Assembly: GCA_964618945.1 (NCBI GenBank) | Contig: CAZUDH010000002.1 | Span: forward strand, 30,712-94,711 | Direction: 5' to 3' | Origin: an uncultured Candidatus Saccharibacteria bacterium | GTDB taxonomy: Bacteria > Patescibacteriota > Saccharimonadia > Saccharimonadales > Saccharimonadaceae | Length of the DNA: 64,000 nucleotides | Shown here: piece by piece, positions 57,638 to 64,000 of the stretch | Layout of the letters: each line of letters starts with the position of its first letter | How positions within the stretch are numbered: the stretch's first letter is position 1 | Program-made: the position numbers and the translations under genes | Notes under the pieces: generated by a model | The model's database searches: none | What the model saw: only the letters and a program-made list of their open reading frames with translations | What the model was told of the DNA's origin: nothing

Positions 57638-57736
57638 TTATGATGCGATATACAGTTGCCATTCGGCAGGCACCACATCCACTGCGATCTTCTTGCTTCG
57701 GCTTGGAGCCGTCACAACGTCGATTGCGATTGGCAT
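57638..57736 (-). CDS. Small ORF (32 aa) with its own promoter, long leader and terminator
   Basis: Translated by hand: MPIAIDVVTAPSRSKKIAVDVVPAEWQLYIAS. An AAAGGAGAA RBS lies 5 nt upstream. It is not in the ORF track because it is under 60 aa. Confidence 0.4.
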   Translation of the reverse strand: MPIAIDVVTAPSRSKKIAVDVVPAEWQLYIAS

Positions 57737-57843
57737 GTGTTCTCCTTTGGTCACGTATGCGTGACGCGATAGTTTCGATACATTCGACCTTTAAAATTAC
57801 GAGTTTCGTTTTTTTCGTGTTGTGGTACCGAAACACGCTAGTA

Positions 57844-57872
57844 ATCATAGCAAAATACTAAACTTGCGTCAA
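57844..57872 (-). promoter_or_regulatory. Sigma-70-type promoter for the small-ORF transcript
   Basis: On the minus strand, -35 TTGACG (57867-57872), a 17-nt spacer and -10 TATGAT (57844-57849) form the promoter. Confidence 0.5.
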
Positions 57873-57906
57873 GCACAAGAGCATAGTATATAATGCTCAT
57901 GTCCTG

Positions 57907-58866
57907 CTAGAACACTTTTAAAAGCTTCGCAAATATATAGAGAATACTCGTGATACAAATCGATATGGCCAGAACGAACAAATACCCCCATGGCTTATCA
58001 TGAAACGGTAGTCCTGTCACATTCATACCGTACATTCCGTAAAAAAGGTTTGGTAACGCAATAAGAACGGTAAAAACCGTCAACGTTTTCATACGTTGGT
58101 TCAACGTATTATTCGCGACAGTGCTATAGGCACTACGAATACTGTCTACCCTTCCTCTGTAGCTTTCAACAGCGACAAGAAGCTGTTGAACTTGCAAGGA
58201 AATATCATCGAGCATCTCCAAATGCTGATGTGTCAATGCTGTGCGGGTCGTGTCTTTTAGGCGTTGCAGTGCAGCCAGTATACCGCTCAGATTCATACGG
58301 CAGGTTGTGAGATTGTCTTCAACAATAACGAAGTGAATAAAATCTTGATTGGTAATCTCACGGCTTTTTAACCGAGCACCGGTATCGTCGATGCTTCGTT
58401 CTGTGTGTTTTAAAGCTTGTTCATACTGACTAACAGCGCTCGCAATTACCCCAAGCAATAGATTGGTGCTTTGTTTTGAAGTGATTATTCTCGCGTGCAT
58501 CGCTGCTTCACTTGGGGCTACCGTCATTTTCGTTGAGATTGTAAAAAAATTACTTTCATGAATAATACAAAGCATCGGGTGCGTGATCACTTTTCCTGAT
58601 GATTGTAGGTGTGGCAGACGCACGAAAACATAGGTGTCTTTCCCAGAAAATTCAACTCGTGAAAGCTCTTGTTTGTCGGTAACGTCTCGGACAATACTTG
58701 CGTCAAGCGTAAATGTCGCGATGAGCTGTTCTAGGTGGCTAGAAGTAATCTCAGCGGCATCAACCCACATTCCACTCGAAATCGGCGCTTGCAGCCGCTG
58801 AAATTGCTCTGCGTGCGTACGCTTTACGTAGTATCCCACCATAGTACTGATATTGTAGCACAGCAA
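57907..58866 (-). CDS. corA: CorA-family Mg2+/Co2+ transporter (paralog 2)
   Basis: It has two C-terminal TMs with the YGMNV motif. The start is either the TTG at 58866 or the ATG at 58842. Confidence 0.85.
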   Translation of the reverse strand: MLCYNISTMVGYYVKRTHAEQFQRLQAPISSGMWVDAAEITSSHLEQLIATFTLDASIVRDVTDKQELSRVEFSGKDTYVFVRLPHLQSSGKVITHPMLCIIHESNFFTISTKMTVAPSEAAMHARIITSKQSTNLLLGVIASAVSQYEQALKHTERSIDDTGARLKSREITNQDFIHFVIVEDNLTTCRMNLSGILAALQRLKDTTRTALTHQHLEMLDDISLQVQQLLVAVESYRGRVDSIRSAYSTVANNTLNQRMKTLTVFTVLIALPNLFYGMYGMNVTGLPFHDKPWGYLFVLAISICITSILYIFAKLLKVF

Positions 58867-58872
58867 ATGGGC

Positions 58873-60561
58873 TTATAGCTCGCCGGGGCCGGTCATTGAA
58901 ACGGCTTTTTTTAGTGGCCGCTCTTTGATAGCAAAGACAAATGGTATAGCAAGAGCCATGAGAACTCCAGCAACGGTAAAGATTTGCGTGAGTGCATGAC
59001 TGAAGGCGTGAACAATCTTATTCGTGTAGTCATTTTGTGATGTTTCAAAGGCACTCTTTATCGTGTTCTGAACCGGTGCAGGGACTGTTGTTAATGAAGA
59101 AGTAAAGCCGTCGGTAATCTTTTGTTTGACTTCAGGTGAATTTAGCAAAAGCAAGGTGTTGCTATCATTTATATCACCGAGTTGCTTTATAATAGGTGAT
59201 TTTTGAAACTGCTGTATATATGGATCGTTGTTCATATCACTAAGACTTGCAGTGATACCGCTAGTTAAAAGCGCTCCAAAGATTGCGATGCCAATAGTTG
59301 AACCCAATCCTCGAAACAGCTGAATAGAGCTTGTTGCAACGCCAAGTTCACGCTGCTCAAATTCATTTTGGACGGCAATGTTCATAATTGGCATTACAAG
59401 ACCAAGGCCAAATCCGAGTAGTGTCATCATGACTGCCTCGTGCCAGTATGGACTTTCTGGCGATAATGTCGCAAGAGCAGCCACCATGGCAGCGCTAATA
59501 ACAATGCCAATGCGCATAAATCGCATGTAGTGTCCAGTTTTTGAAATTAACTGGCCAGAGCCAATACTCGATATCATCAGACCTACCACCATCGGAATGA
59601 GCATCAGCCCACTCATCGTTGGCGATGCGGCAAAAACTTGTTGATTGAACTGCGTAAGATACACAATGGCACCCATAAATCCGACACCGAATAATGCGGC
59701 AACACACATGACTAATACGTAAGTACGGTTCCTGAAGAAACGAAGTGGCAGAATTGGTTCTTTGCTTCGTCGTTCGACCCAGACGAACGCTGCGACAGCG
59801 GTGACAACAATGATGCCCATGATGATTCGCAACGACTCGAGGCTGAGATTGAACTGCTGCATGATGTCGGCAAATATCGTTTCGGTATTATCGACAGCGA
59901 GTACTAACGTAGCTAGCGCAATCGTAAGGAAGGTGGCACCGATATAGTCGATCTTTGGTTTTGCCGTGTGACGAAGTGGCGGGCAATAAATTGCGATAGT
60001 GGCGAGTGCGACTATCGCGATAGGTACATTGATATAGAAATTCCAGCGCCAATCAGTTATTAGACCCAGAATGTTTTGGTGGTCTGTAAGCCAGCCACCA
60101 AGAAGCGGACCGATTAGTGATGATAGACCGAAAACAGCGCCAATCATTCCTTGCCACTTACCGCGTTCGCGTGGAGGGAAAAGGTCACCGATGATCGTGA
60201 ACGCATTGGCAGTAATGATACCACCCCCGATTCCCTGTAACGCACGCCACAAAACAAGCTGGTTAATATCACCGCTCATACCACTGCCGAGCGAGCTTAA
60301 TCCAAAAACCAATACACCAACCAGTAATACAATACGTCGGCCGAACAGGTCAGAAAGTTTTCCTGCAATCGGAACAGTCACTGTCGTAGTAAGAAGATAC
60401 GCAGTTATCACCCAGCTAAGGCTGTTGTAGGCATTGAATTCTTCGACAATTTTACCGAGTGCTGTCGTAACAATTGTTTGATCAAGCGCTACCAAAAACA
60501 AACTAGCCATCACGCTTAGCATAATAATTATCTTATTCCGCAGAGGAAGATGGTGTTGCAT
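58873..60561 (-). CDS. MFS transporter, DHA2 (EmrB/QacA, 14-TM) drug:H+ antiporter type
   Basis: It is 562 aa with about 14 TMs and motif A-like GKLSDLFGRR. Confidence 0.85.
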   Translation of the reverse strand: MQHHLPLRNKIIIMLSVMASLFLVALDQTIVTTALGKIVEEFNAYNSLSWVITAYLLTTTVTVPIAGKLSDLFGRRIVLLVGVLVFGLSSLGSGMSGDINQLVLWRALQGIGGGIITANAFTIIGDLFPPRERGKWQGMIGAVFGLSSLIGPLLGGWLTDHQNILGLITDWRWNFYINVPIAIVALATIAIYCPPLRHTAKPKIDYIGATFLTIALATLVLAVDNTETIFADIMQQFNLSLESLRIIMGIIVVTAVAAFVWVERRSKEPILPLRFFRNRTYVLVMCVAALFGVGFMGAIVYLTQFNQQVFAASPTMSGLMLIPMVVGLMISSIGSGQLISKTGHYMRFMRIGIVISAAMVAALATLSPESPYWHEAVMMTLLGFGLGLVMPIMNIAVQNEFEQRELGVATSSIQLFRGLGSTIGIAIFGALLTSGITASLSDMNNDPYIQQFQKSPIIKQLGDINDSNTLLLLNSPEVKQKITDGFTSSLTTVPAPVQNTIKSAFETSQNDYTNKIVHAFSHALTQIFTVAGVLMALAIPFVFAIKERPLKKAVSMTGPGEL

Positions 60562-60563
60562 AG

Positions 60564-60848
60564 TTAGCCTTTAGTCCACCGTAGTACCGTTTCAAGTGCC
60601 GAAACGTGCTCACCCATTTTATTAATCATAGCTTGCGCCGATTCTTCAGTGATAAGTCCGACTGCATTTTTGTCCTCAACATAAAGTGCGATCAATTTAT
60701 CCCCTGGTTGAACTTTCATTTTTTCACGAAGTTCAACTGGTATAACTATTTGCCCTTTTTGCCCTACTGTTACGGTGCCTGCCAATGAAATATTTTTAAG
60801 ACTCATGTTATACATGTTATACATGTTGTACTTTTCTGTCAAAGTCAT
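60564..60848 (-). CDS. AbrB/MazE/SpoVT-family DNA-binding protein
   Basis: It has a SpoVT-AbrB swapped-hairpin motif, VTVGQKGQIVIPVELREKMKVQPGDKL. Its ATG overlaps the corA TGA (ATGA). An alternative ATG lies at 60806. Confidence 0.7.
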   Translation of the reverse strand: MTLTEKYNMYNMYNMSLKNISLAGTVTVGQKGQIVIPVELREKMKVQPGDKLIALYVEDKNAVGLITEESAQAMINKMGEHVSALETVLRWTKG

Positions 60849-61759
60849 TTACGACTACGAAGAAAGTATGCAGCAATTGCAAGCGCGCTAACTGCGCTGA
60901 CTGTAATAATCTGCCAGAAGATGTATGGTGAGTCTGCATCTGGCAACGGAACGTTCATACCAAATAACCCTGCCAACATAGTCGGCACTGTAAGGGCAAC
61001 AGTCATGACAGTAAGCAACTGGATGGTTTCGTTTAACCTCGTGTTCATGACTGCGCTGTAGCTATCCCGTACGTTTGTAATGGTACGAAGCAGGCTTTTA
61101 CATCGCGCGATGAGCTGCTCGAAGTCAATGGACAAGTCTTCAACAAGCTCTTTATCATCTTCGTGAAGAGCGATAAGTCGACCTCCAAGTAGTTTTTCAA
61201 TGGCTGTGTTTGTTGGAATAAGTGCATCGAGAAAGTCATTTAGCTTTCGCTCATATTCAGTAAGAATAACAATGTCTTTTGAACTTAGTTGCACAACATC
61301 ACTGGTTGCGGCACGCATCTGTCGATTTATTGTTGCTACACGGCGCTGGTACAGTTTTGCAATTTCATCAACCATTTCGATGAACAATGCAGCTTGATGA
61401 TTCTTCTCAGGACGAACTTTATCTACAAAGGGGCCCCATAATCGCCCTAGACTATCCCGACTGACTGTAATGATATAATCTTTCCCAAGCGCGAATAAAA
61501 TTGGCGTCGTATAATCATTAAAGTCATCGTCGGTATCAGGCAGACGCGTTATAAAATATGTCCAGCCGTCATCGAATTCCACACGAGGAACCTCGTGGGG
61601 GTCAAGGGCATCTGACAGAATATCATCATCAACGCCAAGTGTAAGTAGCGCAGATTTTTCTTCCTGATTCGGTCGTTCTGTCCGTATCCATTGACTAGTA
61701 GATGAGAATTCTTGCGTCTCAAACGATTTGCCGGCTTTTGCAGATAGGTATTGTAGCAT
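60845..61759 (-). CDS. corA: CorA-family Mg2+/Co2+ transporter (paralog 1)
   Basis: It has two C-terminal TMs with the FGMNV motif. Confidence 0.85.
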   Translation of the reverse strand: MLQYLSAKAGKSFETQEFSSTSQWIRTERPNQEEKSALLTLGVDDDILSDALDPHEVPRVEFDDGWTYFITRLPDTDDDFNDYTTPILFALGKDYIITVSRDSLGRLWGPFVDKVRPEKNHQAALFIEMVDEIAKLYQRRVATINRQMRAATSDVVQLSSKDIVILTEYERKLNDFLDALIPTNTAIEKLLGGRLIALHEDDKELVEDLSIDFEQLIARCKSLLRTITNVRDSYSAVMNTRLNETIQLLTVMTVALTVPTMLAGLFGMNVPLPDADSPYIFWQIITVSAVSALAIAAYFLRSRK

Positions 61760-61777
61760 TGTATTAGTGTACCCTAT

Positions 61778-61876
61778 CTAGCCATGATTCATGAAGTAGA
61801 CGACCAGTAGAAGAATGATTAACGAGCCCACGAATACTACGAGTTCGAGGAGCGTAAATCCAGCCTTTTGTTTCAT
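61778..61876 (-). CDS. Minimal type IV pilin-like peptide (32 aa: prepilin motif plus TM helix only)
   Basis: Translated by hand: MKQKAGFTLLELVVFVGSLIILLLVVYFMNHG, which carries the G-F-T-L-x-E class III signal. It is not in the ORF track. Confidence 0.45.
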   Translation of the reverse strand: MKQKAGFTLLELVVFVGSLIILLLVVYFMNHG

Positions 61877-61935
61877 AGGTTTATCGTAGCATATTTCCAT
61901 TGGTAGAACATAAGCTTTTTGGTATACTTTACTCT

Positions 61936-62763
61936 ATGGATGGTGCACCTATACATCGCCGACACATTGTTTTGGGTGGGATAAGTATTTTTACGTATGG
62001 TCTTTTTGTATGCGCGTCTGCCTTCGCAACTACCACTATTTCCCAGTCGTACAGTAGTAAAACCGACCTCCCTATTGGTTCTATTGTCAGTCTTGAAACG
62101 AACACCACTGATAAAGTTGTTGCCTCTTCGACAGAAAACGCTGACAACATTTTTGGGGTAGTCATTAGTTCGACGGGGTCACTCCTCACCGTTACTACTG
62201 ATGCCCAGAGCCAAGTGCAGGTAGCAACAAGCGGTACTTTGCCAGTGCTCGTATCAGACATCAACGGCGAGATAAAACGTGGTGACCATATTACGGCGTC
62301 TCCTTTCACTGGTGTTGGTATGAAAGCGACAAACAACACCAGAATCATAGGCATATCCCAAGGAACAGTTTCAGGAAAAAAGAAAGAGACCTACAAGACC
62401 AAAGACGGACAGCAAAAAACGGTCACTGTCGGCGAAGTTCCGGTTCTTGTGAACGTTGCCTATTTCTTCAAGGAACCAGAAAAGACTATTGTACCAGCGG
62501 CCCTGCAAAACGTAGCAAATGGTCTGGCGGGCAAAAAGGTCGAATCACTTCCGATTTTGCTTGCCGTGGGGGTATTTTTAATAACACTCATTATCGTTGC
62601 AAGCTTCATATATTCAATGATTCATAGCAGTATTATTTCTGTTGGCCGCAATCCTATGAGCCAAGCTGCAATTTATCGTGACCTTCTGCAAATGTCTTCC
62701 CTCGTTTTGACCATTCTAGCGGCTGGTATGGTAGCAATTTACCTAATTTTAACGAGGTTATAA
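61936..62763 (+). CDS. Hypothetical exported protein with a C-terminal two-TM hairpin
   Basis: It has a signal/TM (ISIFTYGLFVCASAFA), a beta-rich domain and a C-terminal TM hairpin. The ATG at 61936 is used. Confidence 0.5.
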   Translation: MDGAPIHRRHIVLGGISIFTYGLFVCASAFATTTISQSYSSKTDLPIGSIVSLETNTTDKVVASSTENADNIFGVVISSTGSLLTVTTDAQSQVQVATSGTLPVLVSDINGEIKRGDHITASPFTGVGMKATNNTRIIGISQGTVSGKKKETYKTKDGQQKTVTVGEVPVLVNVAYFFKEPEKTIVPAALQNVANGLAGKKVESLPILLAVGVFLITLIIVASFIYSMIHSSIISVGRNPMSQAAIYRDLLQMSSLVLTILAAGMVAIYLILTRL

Positions 62764-62767
62764 GTAG

Positions 62768-63433
62768 ATGAGTCCTTTGGTATTCCAGATCATCATCGCC
62801 GTTAATGCCTTCTTGGTAGGCATTGTCAGTATTTTGGCCGTGCAGCATGGACGAGCGCATTTTAAGGGCAAAAAGCCAGAATTACCATCACAAAATGCAA
62901 CAACTGCACCTCAGTTACGTCAACAGATTATGGCACAGGCACAACAGCGCTATAACGAAGTGCTCGAAAAATCAGCGATAACCTTGTCTGAAAATCTCAA
63001 TGCCACGACCGCAGAATTAACAAGCACGCTCACCGAAATTGGCTCAAATATTCTCGAGCAAGAAACGAGATTATTTGGAGAGAAGTTGGCAAGTCTTCGA
63101 CAGTCCTCTGAACATATGCTTGACGGAGCGAACGGTACAATTGCCAGGCAGCAAGCTGATGTAGAGGCTGAACTTCAGCAGTACAAAGCCAAGCTTGAGC
63201 AAGATATGACTGCGAAAATGACTGCCCGCGAGCAGGCGATGAATGCAGAGCTCGCCGCTCAAAAGCAACAAATGGTTGCAGCACTCGATACCAAACTGAG
63301 CGATGCCGTCAGTGCGTTCCTGACAGAAACGCTTGGTAATGAGGTCGACCTTGGAGCCCAGACTCCATACTTGCTGCAAACGTTAGAAGAGCGAAAGAAA
63401 GAATTACTGAATGAGGTGCACGATGGAGCCTAG
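62768..63433 (+). CDS. Putative F-type ATP synthase subunit b-like protein (TM plus long coiled coil)
   Basis: It has a single N-terminal TM followed by about 190 aa of Q/A/E/L-rich coiled coil. It lies immediately upstream of atpH. The call rests on position and architecture only. Confidence 0.45.
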   Translation: MSPLVFQIIIAVNAFLVGIVSILAVQHGRAHFKGKKPELPSQNATTAPQLRQQIMAQAQQRYNEVLEKSAITLSENLNATTAELTSTLTEIGSNILEQETRLFGEKLASLRQSSEHMLDGANGTIARQQADVEAELQQYKAKLEQDMTAKMTAREQAMNAELAAQKQQMVAALDTKLSDAVSAFLTETLGNEVDLGAQTPYLLQTLEERKKELLNEVHDGA

Positions 63434-63914
63434 TCTTTTACTACCTGAGGACATCGTATCACCACAAGATTTGGCTGCGTTGCTATTTGAAATTCGGCAA
63501 TACAATGCGTGGTATCAATCGGAGGTCATCAAAAACCGCGTCGAACTATCATCGCAAGTTATTCCGCCAAAAATTTCCAAAACGGCCGTAAACATTCTTG
63601 GAAACGCCGCAAAAGACGGACGCCTTTCGCCCGAAGCACTTGATGAGCTAATTCGTGGACTGGAATATGTAAAGAAATCATCACCTACTATTACGATTAC
63701 CCTTGCGGATCTACCGACAAATGCACTGCGAACTACACTTGCCAAGTGGTGTCGTACCAACATAGCCCCCACGATTTTAGTGCAATTTACCAGCAATCGC
63801 CGTATTCTCGGCGGTATGGTAGTTCGCTATGGCAGCCGTATCTATGATTGGTCATTTCGAACAAAGCTACTTGCAAACAAGGCAGCAATTCCAGAGGTAC
63901 TACGACGTGTTTGA
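63411..63914 (+). CDS. atpH: F-type ATP synthase subunit delta (OSCP)
   Basis: The C-terminal pattern ITITLA....L...L..W......P.ILVQFTSNRRILGGMVVRYGSRIYDWSFRTKL is typical of AtpH. The start may be at 63423. Confidence 0.7.
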   Translation: MRCTMEPSLLLPEDIVSPQDLAALLFEIRQYNAWYQSEVIKNRVELSSQVIPPKISKTAVNILGNAAKDGRLSPEALDELIRGLEYVKKSSPTITITLADLPTNALRTTLAKWCRTNIAPTILVQFTSNRRILGGMVVRYGSRIYDWSFRTKLLANKAAIPEVLRRV

Positions 63915-64000
63915 TAATCAGTATTTCCAGAAACTTGTTGCTGCTGGAAACCTTACCGGTGAGGTAGTAGCAACGAATCGTTTTATTATTGAAGTAAAAG
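63907..64000 (+). CDS. atpA: F-type ATP synthase subunit alpha, 5' fragment (runs off the window)
   Basis: In frame it reads ...FQKLVAAGNLTGEVVATNRFIIEVK, resembling the AtpA N-terminal beta-barrel entry. The start is uncertain: GTG 63907, TTG 63871 or ATG 63844. Confidence 0.55.
   Translation, partial: MFDNQYFQKLVAAGNLTGEVVATNRFIIEVK

Noticed and set aside
57549-57861. ORF-track entries of 99 aa (minus strand) and 91 aa (plus strand) filling the dsbA-corA intergenic region.
   Set aside because: They have no RBS and a Cys/Arg-rich implausible composition. They cross a clear bidirectional terminator. A compact promoter, RBS and 32-aa ORF unit explains the region better.
62560-62763. The C-terminal TM hairpin of the 287-aa protein upstream of the atp genes. 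It looks like an ATP synthase c subunit, with the loop SVGRNPM versus ARQPE.
   Set aside because: It has no GxGxGxG helix 1 and no conserved carboxylate (E/D) in helix 2, and it is fused to a large exported domain. The resemblance is probably only topological. Recognisable a and c subunit genes are therefore not seen upstream of the b-like/delta/alpha block in this window.

Overview
The window looks like a chromosomal segment from a small-genome, host-dependent bacterium of the Patescibacteria/CPR type, probably Saccharibacteria-like. This is inferred only from gene content: several type IV pilin-like genes, a T4SS-pilin-like surface enzyme, a lean housekeeping set, tightly packed overlapping genes, and one small high-GC insert with an actinobacterial flavour. 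I support about 75 CDS and 4 tRNAs: Lys-TTT and three with anticodon CAT. I see no rRNA, no CRISPR array and no recognisable IS transposase. From left to right: (1) 1-6.9 kb is a mobile/defence-type island with a divergent m5C methyltransferase and Sau3AI/MutH-like endonuclease, a small-RNA candidate, a winged-helix protein, a catalytically dead resolvase paralog and a large serine recombinase whose ORF runs antisense through tRNA-Lys. (2) A RimK gene is translationally coupled to an 821-aa double ATP-grasp plus RimB-like fusion. (3) The heat-shock regulon (dnaJ, dnaK, grpE, hrcA) carries four CIRCE-type operators and is interleaved with pilin genes. (4) lepA, murJ, ftsH, tilS and dinB follow; dinB is preceded by an odd, tightly coupled small-ORF and hairpin-rich cassette. 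(5) maf and the CAT tRNA loci follow; two of the three CAT tRNAs carry upstream copies of exactly their acceptor plus D-arm segment. (6) Next come a roughly 0.5 kb high-GC foreign gene, ABC and MFS transporters, a Mur ligase, a T4SS-pilin::phosphoesterase fusion, trmB, tsaC, mscS, two HhH-GPD glycosylases, hydrolases, aspS and ion transporters. (7) A corA-abrB-MFS-corA operon, a 32-aa minimal pilin ORF and the start of an ATP synthase block (b-like, delta, alpha) close the window. All calls come from reading the sequence and the ORF track and from remembered family motifs. No database search was run.
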